From an uncultured Candidatus Saccharibacteria bacterium (lineage in GTDB: Bacteria > Patescibacteriota > Minisyncoccia > Phycocordibacterales > UBA12445), in the NCBI GenBank assembly GCA_964531375.1, contig CAZHDO010000001.1, positions 262,861 to 311,884 on the forward strand: a stretch of 49,024 nt of DNA, read 5' to 3'. The notes under the pieces are model-generated. The model saw only the letters and a program-made list of their open reading frames with translations. It was not told where the DNA came from and did no database searches. Below, piece by piece: positions 9,120 through 19,457 of the stretch. Each line of letters opens with the position of its first letter. Position 1 is the first letter of the stretch. The translations under genes and the position numbers were made by a program.

Positions 9120-10862
9120 CTATCTTCCTCCTCCACCCATTCCTGGAAGCTTTATTGAACTTGCTGCGGTTGTTGTTTTTGTGGTTGAAGTATTCGTCCT
9201 AACAACGATTTGATCCCCTTCATTTAAACCTTCTGTTATTTCTGTATCTGTGTCATTAGACACTCCAACGACTACATTTTGCTTGGTTGGTGGTATGTCG
9301 GAAACTGTGCCAGTGTTTCCGTTGTCCTGTATTTTTTTATTAAAGATTTCAATGTAACTTGTTCCAGATTGACTTTTAATTGCGCCATTTGGAACAGTTA
9401 AAATATCTTGTTTTATTCCAGTAATAATAGAAGCGCTTGTGCTCATACCTGGCTTAATTCTTTCGTCTTGTGTATCAAAACTAATTTGCACTGCATACGT
9501 TACTACACCCTGAGAGACGGTGCCAAGTGTGTCTACTTCAGATACTTTTCCGGTGATACTGAGACCTTCAATTGCATCAAAAACTAAAGTAGCTTTTTGT
9601 CCTATTTTTATCTTTGAAATGTCGACTTCATTTAATGTAATTGTTACAATTTTTTGTTTTGTAACGATTGTTGCGACAGCGGAGCCTACTGACGTTGTGT
9701 CGTTTATTTTTGCATTAACCTTTGCAATAATGCCCTCAAACGGCGAACGAATCGTATAATCTGCTAATTTACTCTTAAGGTCCACCAAAGATACTTCTTT
9801 TTTTGCAATATTATTTTTTGATATTTGTAGGTCGATTGGGGTAATTCCTGTCGGATTGTTAATTTCTAATATTTTAATATCTCGCTCCGTGTTTGTTATT
9901 GTTTGTTCAAGATTAACAAGAGAGCTTTTTTGGGACAACAGCGAGGATATGTGATTGTTTGCTGTTCCTAAGTAATTTTTTAAGTTAGATTTAAATGCTG
10001 TAGTTGATGAATCTGTTTTTCTGTTTTTAACTCCATTTATATCAATTACTGTATCAAGTAAATTGTTTTCACTTTTAATTGCTTGTGCAATTAATTTAGA
10101 GGTCTCTAGCGTTTGTTCTAGCATTTTCTCTAGAGTAGAATTGTCAGAAAATCTTGTGACGGTTCTGAAATCATTAAAATTTTTATCATACGTACTCCTT
10201 GCTATTTTGTAGTCTTTCTCTGCGGCATCTGCAAGTAAAAAAATTAAGTCTCGGTCCTCTTTGTCAAACATATTTTTATAAGCACTGATGTTCCAATCCT
10301 TTGATTGAGGAGAGAGTTCTTCGCCATAAAGTACATCTTCGATTCCAGTTATAACATTAGGTAAATCTAGAAAAGCATTTGAAATTGCATTAAATGAGTC
10401 GTCGTATGCCTTCAGTAGGTCATCTTTGTTTGATTGTAGTGATTCAAGTTTTCTGTCGTAGTCAATTGGGGCCTGGGCCACTTGTTTATCAAAGTTTAAT
10501 TTTGTTTCAACCAAATCAAGTTCTGCATCAGAAACTGCTTTTTTGGCATCTGTGTTGTCTATTCCAGCAAGAGCTTGGCCCGCAGATACTGTTTGACCTA
10601 CCTTAAGGTCAATCCAGACAATTTCACCTGAGGCTTTTGGTTTTATGTCTACTTGATTGTATGCAGACACTTGTCCACTGCCAGTTATTGATGAAATAAT
10701 TGTCCCCTTTTTGGCAAGAGCAACAATATATTTTACCTCAACAACCGTTGGATAAAAATATTTATAACCATAATAACCAGAGAATGAGATGATTATAGTA
10801 AGTATTAAGCTAATAATCTTATGGTCAATTATATATTTTTTAAATACAGAAATATTTTTCAT
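9120..10862 (-). CDS. HlyD/MacA-family periplasmic adaptor with a long coiled coil
   Basis: N-terminal TM, GSGQVSAYNQVDIKPKASGEI, IRSPFEGII, long helical insertion, IKPGMSTSASII. Confidence 0.85.
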   Translation of the reverse strand: MKNISVFKKYIIDHKIISLILTIIISFSGYYGYKYFYPTVVEVKYIVALAKKGTIISSITGSGQVSAYNQVDIKPKASGEIVWIDLKVGQTVSAGQALAGIDNTDAKKAVSDAELDLVETKLNFDKQVAQAPIDYDRKLESLQSNKDDLLKAYDDSFNAISNAFLDLPNVITGIEDVLYGEELSPQSKDWNISAYKNMFDKEDRDLIFLLADAAEKDYKIARSTYDKNFNDFRTVTRFSDNSTLEKMLEQTLETSKLIAQAIKSENNLLDTVIDINGVKNRKTDSSTTAFKSNLKNYLGTANNHISSLLSQKSSLVNLEQTITNTERDIKILEINNPTGITPIDLQISKNNIAKKEVSLVDLKSKLADYTIRSPFEGIIAKVNAKINDTTSVGSAVATIVTKQKIVTITLNEVDISKIKIGQKATLVFDAIEGLSITGKVSEVDTLGTVSQGVVTYAVQISFDTQDERIKPGMSTSASIITGIKQDILTVPNGAIKSQSGTSYIEIFNKKIQDNGNTGTVSDIPPTKQNVVVGVSNDTDTEITEGLNEGDQIVVRTNTSTTKTTTAASSIKLPGMGGGGR

Positions 10863-10864
10863 AT

Positions 10865-11368
10865 TTATTTTATTTTAGTAGATGTGCTAGTTGTTGTTGT
10901 GTAAGATGGCATCACTCTAATAAGTCTGGCTTCGATTTCTGCATTTACGTTTGGTGCTCCGATTATAATTACAGAATCTCCTGTATTAAGATCTTCTGGT
11001 TTTAATTCGTTTTTTGATTTTCTAATGAGCGTTTCGTTTCCGATAATTACAATTTTTTCAACATTGTCACGGTCTTCGATTGTTAACGAAGGAAGTTTTA
11101 TGTCTAATATTTTTCCGCTCAATCCATTGGCACTAGAAAAATTATCTCTTGGGTTAAAACCTCTCATCATTCCCATCCCTCTAAAATCCTCGCCGGGTCC
11201 TCTGCCAAAAGTTTTTTCATACCTGTCTCCCCATTGATTAGAAAAAGAAGCTCGATAGTATCCAACAAAAACTCCTGCTTTAAAAATAAGTAAAGAAAAA
11301 ATAAGTACACCAATAACGAGTATTGTTGTCTTAAACCCTTTTGAGTTTGGTAGATTTTTTAATTCCAT
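10865..11368 (-). CDS. Membrane-anchored hypothetical protein (DUF5666-like)
   Basis: TM segment, Gly/Met-rich linker, GKILDI...DLNTGDSVIIIGAPN...IEARLIRV; similar in form to 6692..7150. Confidence 0.55.
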   Translation of the reverse strand: MELKNLPNSKGFKTTILVIGVLIFSLLIFKAGVFVGYYRASFSNQWGDRYEKTFGRGPGEDFRGMGMMRGFNPRDNFSSANGLSGKILDIKLPSLTIEDRDNVEKIVIIGNETLIRKSKNELKPEDLNTGDSVIIIGAPNVNAEIEARLIRVMPSYTTTTSTSTKIK

Positions 11369-11784
11369 ATAATTGATTTATTTGATAATTTTAATAATGG
11401 TGTTTGTGCGATGTTCTTAATTATTGTTCCAATTGAAATAAGGAGTGCGAGTAGTGCAGATAAAACAATTGTAATTTCTATTACCGGCAAGGATTCTGCA
11501 ATTGAAATAATAAATTCTTTCCAAAACACCAAAATAGTTCCGCCATCAGAAAAAACAAGTGAAAAGTAATTATAAAAACCCGAGTCTATAAAACCCTGAT
11601 TCGCATAATTAATACCGAAATAAAGTGTAAAAGAAGAAACAATAGCGCCAATTGTAGAGTAAAATAGGTTCCTTTTGGCTATTTTCGCCTTTTCAGTATC
11701 AATTCTTTTTAGAATTAAAGAAAATAGCTTATTAGAAGGTTCTTTTTTGCTGATTGTGTTTAAATAATCTTTAATTCTATACAT
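11359..11784 (-). CDS. Membrane protein, putative anti-sigma factor
   Basis: Short cytoplasmic N-terminus (EPSNKLFSLILKRI) followed by hydrophobic helices; lies directly downstream of the ECF sigma gene. The anti-sigma role is inferred from position. Confidence 0.5.
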   Translation of the reverse strand: MYRIKDYLNTISKKEPSNKLFSLILKRIDTEKAKIAKRNLFYSTIGAIVSSFTLYFGINYANQGFIDSGFYNYFSLVFSDGGTILVFWKEFIISIAESLPVIEITIVLSALLALLISIGTIIKNIAQTPLLKLSNKSIIWN

Positions 11785-11793
11785 TCTACTTAA

Positions 11794-11820
11794 TACGTAA
11801 ATTGTGTTAATTTTGGTGCA
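11794..11820 (-). promoter_or_regulatory. Putative ECF-sigma promoter
   Basis: Minus strand reads TGCACC-N17-CGTA, 9 nt upstream of the ATG at 11784; resembles SigW/SigM-type -35/-10 elements. Confidence 0.45.
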
Positions 11821-11829
11821 ACCGATAAA

Positions 11830-12408
11830 TCAATCTTCTGTTTCGATAATTTTTTTAAGTTTCATGATGGCCCGGCGGTGTTGGCTTTTTACAGTTTCCA
11901 ACGGTTTATCCAAGACAACCCCAATCTCTTCAAAAGTTAAAGATTCAGTATATCTTAGTACCAAGACTTCCTTATAAATATGCGGTAGTTTATCTAATAA
12001 TATGTCAATTGATTTTTTTTCTTCTAGACGCATCATTTTTTCTTCCGGAAGTGCTTCGTTGTCTGTTATTGTGTCGATGATGTAATTATCACCCTCTTCG
12101 TTTTCAAAGTCAGAAAAAACAAATTCTTTCTTTTTTCTAAGCCAGTCTATGGTTGTATTTCTGGCTATTTTAAAGATCCAGGCTTTAAAACTTTGATTAG
12201 GATCATATTGTTTTAGATTCTTCCATATTTTCAAAAAAACCTCTTGCGTTATGTCCTCAGATTCAGAATTGTTTCCGCATAACTTGTGTACAAAATTGTA
12301 AATTTGTTTAAAATACCGCTCAATTAAAATTTTAAGTGAATTTTCATCGCCTTTTAAATAGTTTATTACGTCATTGGTATCTTCATTTTTACTATCTTGT
12401 CTGAGCAT
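11830..12408 (-). CDS. ECF-subfamily sigma-70 factor
   Basis: Region 2 SEDITQEVFLKIWK...FKAWIFKIARNTTIDWLRK; region 4 LRYTESLTFEEIGVVLDKPLETVKSQHRRA. Confidence 0.93.
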   Translation of the reverse strand: MLRQDSKNEDTNDVINYLKGDENSLKILIERYFKQIYNFVHKLCGNNSESEDITQEVFLKIWKNLKQYDPNQSFKAWIFKIARNTTIDWLRKKKEFVFSDFENEEGDNYIIDTITDNEALPEEKMMRLEEKKSIDILLDKLPHIYKEVLVLRYTESLTFEEIGVVLDKPLETVKSQHRRAIMKLKKIIETED

Positions 12409-12440
12409 TTTTAAATTTTATCTATTGTTCGTTTAATCAT

Positions 12441-13418
12441 TTACAAATATTTTTTTATATTCGATTTGTGTTCTTCGTAGGTTTCAGCGCAGTGTATATT
12501 TTTGGAATTGTCGTGAATATAATATAAACAATTTGTTTTTTCTGGATATAGTACTGCCTCAATGGCCTTGATCCCAGGATTAGAAATTGGAGTCGGTGGT
12601 AGACCACTATTCATATAAGTATTATATGGTGAATTTATTTTTTTATCTTCAATTTTAATTGGGGCCCACCATCCGTTTGGTGTATTTCCTCTTGCGTATT
12701 GCAGTGTGCAGTCAACCTCCAGTCGCATGTTTTTTGATAATCTATTCCATAAAATACCTGAGATTAATTTCATGTCACTTTCTCCCCCAGCCTCTCTTTG
12801 TATTATAGAGGCAAGTTTAATGACCGTTGTCCACTTAATATTTTGCCTGCTTGCTTCTTTTGAATATTGCGTAAATTTTTCTTCAAATTTCGCTTGAAAT
12901 CTCTTTGCAACTTGTTCTGTTGATTCTTCTTTTGGTATTAGGTATGTGTCGGGAAAATAGACCCCTTCAAAATAATTCAATTTAGTCGTGGTATCTTTTT
13001 TGATCCACTGTTTTTTGTTTTCTTCCCTCCAGCCTAATCGATCTGCAAGAATTTCAGCAATTTCCTCTTTGCGTAAACCTTCTGGGATGGTAACCCATTT
13101 CAAGTATGGTTCTTTTGTTAAAATTTTTGCTATTTCCCAGGTGTTCGTTGACCTCGAAAGTTTGTAACCTCCTTCTTGTATTTTGCCATTGAACTTCGAC
13201 CAATTAAGAGCAAAATTAAGCGCCCATGTGCTTTTTATAAAATTCTCAGAATTTAATTTCTCGGTAATGTGGTCATTGTCTAGGCCAGCAGGAACAATAA
13301 ATCTTTCTGAGGTTCGGTCATTGTTTACAGAACCAAAATCGTTAAAATAAAACATGGTTATAAATACCACCAATAGTGATGCGGGTAAGAGTAATTTTAT
13401 TGTTAGCATGTTTCTCAT
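12441..13418 (-). CDS. mltG: Endolytic transglycosylase MltG
   Basis: TIPEGLR, EGVYFPDTY, LASIIQREA, RLEVDCTLQY, SPYNTY...GLPPTPISNPG. Confidence 0.92.
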   Translation of the reverse strand: MRNMLTIKLLLPASLLVVFITMFYFNDFGSVNNDRTSERFIVPAGLDNDHITEKLNSENFIKSTWALNFALNWSKFNGKIQEGGYKLSRSTNTWEIAKILTKEPYLKWVTIPEGLRKEEIAEILADRLGWREENKKQWIKKDTTTKLNYFEGVYFPDTYLIPKEESTEQVAKRFQAKFEEKFTQYSKEASRQNIKWTTVIKLASIIQREAGGESDMKLISGILWNRLSKNMRLEVDCTLQYARGNTPNGWWAPIKIEDKKINSPYNTYMNSGLPPTPISNPGIKAIEAVLYPEKTNCLYYIHDNSKNIHCAETYEEHKSNIKKYL

Positions 13419-13507
13419 TTTTATTCATACTATCAAAGTTGTATAAATCCTGATAGTGCTTAATTTGTGTTTGATTTATAGCGTAAACAATATAAACTAT
13501 TTTTATT

Positions 13508-15367
13508 ATGAAAAATAATAAAGTTAAAATTGGCACCGAAAAAGTAAGATGGGATTTAAGTTTTTTGTATTTAGGAATAACCGATCCTGAGATTGAAAAA
13601 GATGCTGAAAAATTTGCACAGTTGGCAAAGAAATTTTATTTAAAACACAACAATAATCTTGCAAATACTCTCGGAGGTGCAATTTCTGACTATTCAGAAA
13701 TAACAATGCTTTTAAATAAAATAGGTATGTATTTGCATTGTGTTTCTTCGGTTAATTCTTCGGATTCTGTGATTAAGGCTAAAAAAGCCAGCATTGAAAG
13801 GGTTATTGAGAAGAATTCTGGTAATTATCTCGAATTTTTTAATCTGCAAATAATTAAGCTTACTGATTCTGAGCTTCAAAAATTATACTCTGAAAATTCT
13901 ATAGTTTTAAAACATAAACCATGGATAGAGCAAATTCGATTATTTAAAGAAAATATCCTTTCAGAAGAAGTGGAATCTGCGCTTACAAAAAGATCTTCTT
14001 TCGGGCCGAGTGCGTGGGGTGAATTTTTTGAGGAAGTTGAAACTGACTTGTTGTTTATCTATAAAAAGAAAAAACTGAATCTGACGGAAATGATTCATAT
14101 TGTGTCCGAATCCAAAAGCGCCAAAGAACGATTTTTAGCAATGACCGTCATAAATGATGGGCTTGGAGGATATTTTGCTAAATTTTCTGCTCAAAATCTC
14201 TACATGGTATCTGGTGCTAATGAAGTTGAAAGAGAGGAAAGAAAATATAAACATCCGATGGAGTATAGAAATAGGTCCAATAGGGTTTCTGATGATGTTG
14301 TGCGAGCACTGCACAGTGCAATTTTAGAAGTTGGTGGTCCTATTGCCAAAAGATATTACAAATTGAAAGCTAAACATCTTGGTTTGAAAAAATTAAATTG
14401 GAGTGACAGAAACGCGCCAATACCCTTCGCCGATACCACCGTGATTCCTTTCAACGAGGCGACTAAAATTGTTGTTTCTGCTTACGAAAGTTTTAGTCCA
14501 AAGATTGCTGAAATAGTAAAGAAAATTATTGAGCAGAAAAGAATTGATGCTCCTGTTGAAAGAAATAAAAAAGGCGGAGCTTATAATATTTCAGTTGTTT
14601 TGCCTGGAAATAAAACTGTTTCTGTTAATTTTCTAAATTATTTAGGCGGAAATAGAGATGTAATGACTTATGCCCACGAGCTTGGTCATGCAGTGCACGG
14701 AATTCTCGCTGGAGAAGCGCAAGGTGTGCTAATGGAAAATACGCCTATAATTTATGCCGAAACCGCATCTGTGTTTGGGGAAATGACCACTTTTAATTTT
14801 CTAAAGAAAAAACTGATTGAGTCTGGTGATAGAAAATCTCTCTTGGTTCTTATTATGGGGAAAATTGATGATATGTTAAATACTGCGGTTAGACAAATAA
14901 GTTTTTCAAATTTTGAGAGACGACTTCACGGAATGGATAAAGAATTTAAAAACTGGAATAAGATAGAAAAATTATCAGCTGAAAAGTTAAGTTCTGTTTG
15001 GCTTGATGTAACAAAAGATTTTTACGGAAAAGAAGGAGAAATTTTCAAGTACAATAATATGGAAAACATGTGGACATATATCTCACATTTCCATAGGCCA
15101 TTTTACGTTTATGGGTATGCCTTTGGTGAATTACTTACACAAAGCCTGTATGCACTTCAAGATAAATTTGGCGATAAATTTGAGCCTCTATATTTAGAAC
15201 TCTTGCGAGCTGGAGGCACAAAAGATGCTATTGAATTACTAAAACCATTTGGTCTCGACCCATCTAACGAAAAATTTTGGATAGATGGAATTTCTCACGG
15301 TCTAGATAGTTTAATTAATGAAGCAGAAAAGCTAACAAAGGAAATAGCGAGAAAAAATAAAAAATAA
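13508..15367 (+). CDS. pepF: Oligoendopeptidase F (peptidase M3B)
   Basis: RWDLSFLY, TYAHELGHAVH, YAETASVFGE, HFHRPFYVYGYAFGEL. Confidence 0.88.
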   Translation: MKNNKVKIGTEKVRWDLSFLYLGITDPEIEKDAEKFAQLAKKFYLKHNNNLANTLGGAISDYSEITMLLNKIGMYLHCVSSVNSSDSVIKAKKASIERVIEKNSGNYLEFFNLQIIKLTDSELQKLYSENSIVLKHKPWIEQIRLFKENILSEEVESALTKRSSFGPSAWGEFFEEVETDLLFIYKKKKLNLTEMIHIVSESKSAKERFLAMTVINDGLGGYFAKFSAQNLYMVSGANEVEREERKYKHPMEYRNRSNRVSDDVVRALHSAILEVGGPIAKRYYKLKAKHLGLKKLNWSDRNAPIPFADTTVIPFNEATKIVVSAYESFSPKIAEIVKKIIEQKRIDAPVERNKKGGAYNISVVLPGNKTVSVNFLNYLGGNRDVMTYAHELGHAVHGILAGEAQGVLMENTPIIYAETASVFGEMTTFNFLKKKLIESGDRKSLLVLIMGKIDDMLNTAVRQISFSNFERRLHGMDKEFKNWNKIEKLSAEKLSSVWLDVTKDFYGKEGEIFKYNNMENMWTYISHFHRPFYVYGYAFGELLTQSLYALQDKFGDKFEPLYLELLRAGGTKDAIELLKPFGLDPSNEKFWIDGISHGLDSLINEAEKLTKEIARKNKK

Positions 15368-15414
15368 ATTTATTACAGATTAATATTTTGCTTTTTAAGA
15401 TTGAAATATTTGCA

Positions 15415-16149
15415 CTAAGCAAATATTTTTATCCTTTTTAGTTTATATAATAATATTGGTCTTTTTAGGTATTTCTCAATGTTTTCTGAAAAAGATCTGA
15501 CAAAAGTTCCGCTCGATACTTTAATTTTAAAGGAAATAGTTTGGAATTTAGTAAGTTGGGTTTTGTCAAAAAAATCTAGCCAACTTTGTTTTGTTTTTTC
15601 TTGTCTAAAATCGCCATTAACCTTATTTATTCTATTTAAAATTTCTTTTTGAAGTATTTTTTTATTGACAGCCCCAATTTTAATATCAGAAATTTTTTTA
15701 ATTTCGATTTTATTAACAGGTCTTTTTAGGCCTTCAATTCTTCCAGACTTATAAATATCGAACATTTTAACTCCATTGATAGTTTTTCCAGAAAACCACG
15801 GATATTTTTGTGACTTTATTTTTTTAATTTGTTTGCAAATTTCTTTAATTTTTTGAAGTTTAACTTCGGTTTTTTGGGCTATTGATTTGTTTATTAATCC
15901 AAGTATGTCCAGTGAGTCGGTTGATATACCGATTATAAATTCTGCAACATATTCCTTGTCGCAATTTAAATATTTTTCTCTATTTTTGTTTTCTTTTTCA
16001 CCAATAAGTATTATCATCTTCCCTTCCGCCATGGGGTCAAGTCTTCCAATGTATGAAAGTTTTTCTGAGGCAAGTTTAGTGTTTTTATTGCGAAAAAACT
16101 GGAGAGCTTCCAGTGGTGTCTGGCCTGCTTTTTTATTAATTAAGCGCAT
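15415..16149 (-). CDS. truB: TruB-like tRNA pseudouridine synthase, catalytic domain only
   Basis: YIGRLDPMAEG (catalytic Asp), KEYVAE, VSSGTFVRS; no C-terminal PUA domain. Confidence 0.75.
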   Translation of the reverse strand: MRLINKKAGQTPLEALQFFRNKNTKLASEKLSYIGRLDPMAEGKMIILIGEKENKNREKYLNCDKEYVAEFIIGISTDSLDILGLINKSIAQKTEVKLQKIKEICKQIKKIKSQKYPWFSGKTINGVKMFDIYKSGRIEGLKRPVNKIEIKKISDIKIGAVNKKILQKEILNRINKVNGDFRQEKTKQSWLDFFDKTQLTKFQTISFKIKVSSGTFVRSFSENIEKYLKRPILLYKLKRIKIFA

Positions 16150-16150
16150 C

Positions 16151-16888
16151 TTAATCTTTTAAAGAATCTTTGTGATTCTTACTCCATTCATAAAAGGTGA
16201 CTGATGCAGACACTGCCACATTTAAAGATTCACATCTTTTGTTCATTGGTATGGCAATTTTTTTTGTACATAACTCTTCAATATCTTTATCTAGACCTCT
16301 TGACTCGTTGCCCATTACAAAAACAGTTGGTGTATTGAACACCTCTTTGTCTAGGTAATTATTACTTGTGCCCTCAAGTCCATAAATGGAGAATTCCCTG
16401 TTTTTTAAGTCTTTAATTGTTTCTATGGAGTTTTTTACTTCAATTATCGGTATTCTAAACAACATACCAGCTGAAACCTTAGCGACAGCTCCTGTTATTG
16501 GCGCCTGTTCTTTTTTTGGTATTAATACTCCAGAGATTCCAAAAGCCGCCGCTGATCTGATTATGGCACCTACGTTGTGTGGGTCGTGTAGTCCACCAAG
16601 AAAGACGAAAGAAATCTTCGAACTAATTTGTGTTGTTTTAATAAAATCTTCATATTTTATTAATAATTTATCTAAATTGATTTTTGCAATTACACCTTGG
16701 TGTACTGCGTCTTTTTCAACTTCCGCGGAGTTTAATGTGCCAATAGCGATATTTTTGTCTTTAATTATTTTCTCTAATTCCAAATCCCCTCTTAATGATA
16801 AAAAGACTTTATCTATAGCTTGCGGGCAATTAAGCAGAGCTTCCATTAGCGCATGCTTACCATAAATGTAGATTTTTTCTTTTTTCAT
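16151..16888 (-). CDS. rlmB: 23S rRNA 2'-O-methyltransferase (RlmB/TrmH SPOUT family)
   Basis: IYGKHALMEAL, HQGVIA, DPHNVGAIIRSA, MGNESRGL, ESLNVAVSA. Confidence 0.88.
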   Translation of the reverse strand: MKKEKIYIYGKHALMEALLNCPQAIDKVFLSLRGDLELEKIIKDKNIAIGTLNSAEVEKDAVHQGVIAKINLDKLLIKYEDFIKTTQISSKISFVFLGGLHDPHNVGAIIRSAAAFGISGVLIPKKEQAPITGAVAKVSAGMLFRIPIIEVKNSIETIKDLKNREFSIYGLEGTSNNYLDKEVFNTPTVFVMGNESRGLDKDIEELCTKKIAIPMNKRCESLNVAVSASVTFYEWSKNHKDSLKD

Positions 16889-16926
16889 ATAAATAAGTTA
16901 TATCATTATTTACCAAAACAACAAGA

Positions 16927-17169
16927 TTATTTAAATAATTTTAGTTTTTCATTTCTTGATAATTTTTTAAGCTCACGCTCGCGTTTTAGGGCTTTAATCT
17001 TATCATCAAATTTTTCTGAATACCTTAAAATTACAGGACGTCTAATTTTTGTATAGTGTGCTCCTGATTTTAGATTGTTGTGTGCGTGTAGTCTTTTCTC
17101 TAAATCACTGGTCGAGCCAACATACAATGTTTCATCTTTGCACTCAAGAATGTAGATAAAATAATTCAT
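16927..17169 (-). CDS. Small GIY-YIG nuclease family protein
   Basis: YFIYILECKDETLYVGSTSDLEKRLHAHN...GAHYTK...ALKRERELK. Confidence 0.9.
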   Translation of the reverse strand: MNYFIYILECKDETLYVGSTSDLEKRLHAHNNLKSGAHYTKIRRPVILRYSEKFDDKIKALKRERELKKLSRNEKLKLFK

Positions 17170-17175
17170 CGTTAA

Positions 17176-18702
17176 TTACGCAAACCCAGGAAAATAATCA
17201 GTTACTATTTTGCTATTTTTAACTCCAATATTATTCAATATTTTTTTGAAAGAAATTACCATATTGTGTGGTCCAGATATATAGAAAGTTCTTTCTGAAA
17301 AATCGGGTATTTTCTTGATAATCACATCTTCGTTTAAGCGACCATTTATTGTATCTAAATCAGATGGCTTCTTTTCTCCCTCTGTTAGATTGTAGAAAGT
17401 TTTTATTTCAAGTTCTTTTTGCGCTTGATCAAATACTTCTTTATATGCAATATCTTCCTGATTTTTGTTTGAATACAGAATGGTAATAGTGCGTTTTTCT
17501 TTTTTATCTATTAAATATTTTATCATACTTCTAAATGGCGTAATTCCAATTCCACCCGCAATAAAAACAAGTTTTTCCTTTTTATCTTCGGGAAGAATGA
17601 AGTCGCCAGCACATTGCGAGGCAATTATTTCGTTATTGGTTTTTAGAGAATTTAATTTAATTTTAAAACTACTAGGCTCTGGATAAAATTTCACTCCGAG
17701 ATGAACATCTTTTTCTGTGGGAGACGAGGCTATCGTAAAAAAACGACGGTTGCCTCGTGAGTCAGGATTATCTACTCCAAGTGTCCATTCCATATACTGA
17801 CCAGGCATAAAATTTAGATCTTGGTCTTTCGAAAAAATAAAATCAAAAGTATCTTTTGCGGCATTAATTTTTTCTTTAAGTTTTAAAATTAATTTTTCTC
17901 TTGGACTAACGATATAAGAAAAAATGTTGCCAATTACGATTGCGAATTCTGGAGTTGTATAGAAATCACCTATATGCAAATTTGGTACAAATAAAAATCC
18001 AACTAGGGCACCGTAACCAAGTCTTAGCCATTTTGTAGGGGGCGTTGTTAGAGGCTCTGTAAACATAATAAAGACAAAAAATAGAAAAGCTGAATTGGCA
18101 AATATTTGATAAATAGACATTGCTGGACTATTTCCCTTAATTAGTGAAATAAGAATTGTGGTTGTTGTGGTTGTAAAAAGAAGGCTATAAATCATATCTG
18201 ACCTCTTTATTTTTCTTACAATAAGTAATCCTCCAAAGAGTGTAAAAGGAAGTAGTAATTTCGTTCCCACCCACCAGCTTGCTGATTCATTTATGGTAAC
18301 CGAAGTGAGCAGTACAGCAAAGGCAGCGGGGTTAAAAATATGGTTATTATTGATTGTAATAATAAATTTTGAAGCCATTGCCCAAACAGATGACCATGTT
18401 GCTAACCAGATAAATTGAGAGTAGTCGCCATTTTGAGGTGGTGTTATTATGAAAAATAATATAAACGCAGTTATATAGACTGACTCAATATTTACGGGTA
18501 TCTCATATACAGATGCAAAAATACGGTTAGTAAGATACGAAGTTATTTTGATTATTAAAAAGGAAACAATAATGTCTAGTGGCGAATAAGGCAGTAAACC
18601 CATTAACGACATTCCTAGCGAGATAAAAAATAAAAAAACAAGAACGTACAAAACAAGTCTGTACATTGTTATCTTGTTTAAAAAGTTGTCTATAAAATCC
18701 AT
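17176..18702 (-). CDS. RnfD/NqrB-like membrane domain fused to an FNR-like FAD/NAD(P)-binding oxidoreductase
   Basis: Multi-TM N-terminus with HIFNPAAF and FIMFTEPLTTP; C-terminus with RFFTIASSP, FIAGGIGITPFRSM and YISGP. Confidence 0.85.
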   Translation of the reverse strand: MDFIDNFLNKITMYRLVLYVLVFLFFISLGMSLMGLLPYSPLDIIVSFLIIKITSYLTNRIFASVYEIPVNIESVYITAFILFFIITPPQNGDYSQFIWLATWSSVWAMASKFIITINNNHIFNPAAFAVLLTSVTINESASWWVGTKLLLPFTLFGGLLIVRKIKRSDMIYSLLFTTTTTTILISLIKGNSPAMSIYQIFANSAFLFFVFIMFTEPLTTPPTKWLRLGYGALVGFLFVPNLHIGDFYTTPEFAIVIGNIFSYIVSPREKLILKLKEKINAAKDTFDFIFSKDQDLNFMPGQYMEWTLGVDNPDSRGNRRFFTIASSPTEKDVHLGVKFYPEPSSFKIKLNSLKTNNEIIASQCAGDFILPEDKKEKLVFIAGGIGITPFRSMIKYLIDKKEKRTITILYSNKNQEDIAYKEVFDQAQKELEIKTFYNLTEGEKKPSDLDTINGRLNEDVIIKKIPDFSERTFYISGPHNMVISFKKILNNIGVKNSKIVTDYFPGFA

Positions 18703-18706
18703 TATT

Positions 18707-19456
18707 TTATTCTAATAAATATTTATTAAATCCACTAGTCATCGTGGCGATACCATCTTTATCAATTTGATATCCCTCAAACCCCTCAAGTTTTTCTATA
18801 AAATTAATTCCATTTAATCCCATAGCAAATCCTGCTGTGGCGAAACGGTCAGCTTCAAAAACATTGGGGCCTATTACTGTTAGACTTACGACGTCGTTCA
18901 GCTCCATACTTTTATTTAGTGGATTGTATATATGTTGTCCACGAATATATGTGCCTGACGTCGCAATACCCATATTTGTTATATGTAAATTTTTTACTGA
19001 TTCTCTTTTTGTGCTGAATGGATTTTGAATTCCAATTCGCCATTTTTTATTTTCTGAATTTAGACCACTAACTTCAATATCACCACCGACTTCAACATAG
19101 AAATTGTTGAAATTTTTCTTTCTCAAAATATTTGCACAATTCCAGATAGCCGACCCTTTTACAATACCTGATGGGTTGTATTTATTATTACAGTCAACAA
19201 TATCAAAATAACCACCTGTTATCTTTTTTGTTTCTTCGCTAAGTTTAAAAATTTCCCTCATCTCTAAACTTCTTTCGCTTTCTTTAACCTCGCCACGGTT
19301 TATTGCACTTATTTCACTAGTGTACTTAAAAACACTGAATCTCTCTTCTGTTTTATTTAAATAGGCAAAAATATCATCAAAATCTATGTGAGTGGCCTTT
19401 TTTTCATTAATTTCGACCACTACGGGCATATTCATAATGATCCTGGTCTCTTTCAC
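18707..19456 (-). CDS. apbE: FAD:protein FMN transferase (ApbE)
   Basis: PSGIVKG, VEVGGDI, GIATSGTYIRGQHIYNP, EADRFATA. Start reassigned to the GTG at 19456, 1 nt after the upstream stop codon. Confidence 0.9.
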   Translation of the reverse strand: MKETRIIMNMPVVVEINEKKATHIDFDDIFAYLNKTEERFSVFKYTSEISAINRGEVKESERSLEMREIFKLSEETKKITGGYFDIVDCNNKYNPSGIVKGSAIWNCANILRKKNFNNFYVEVGGDIEVSGLNSENKKWRIGIQNPFSTKRESVKNLHITNMGIATSGTYIRGQHIYNPLNKSMELNDVVSLTVIGPNVFEADRFATAGFAMGLNGINFIEKLEGFEGYQIDKDGIATMTSGFNKYLLE

Positions 19457-19457
19457 G

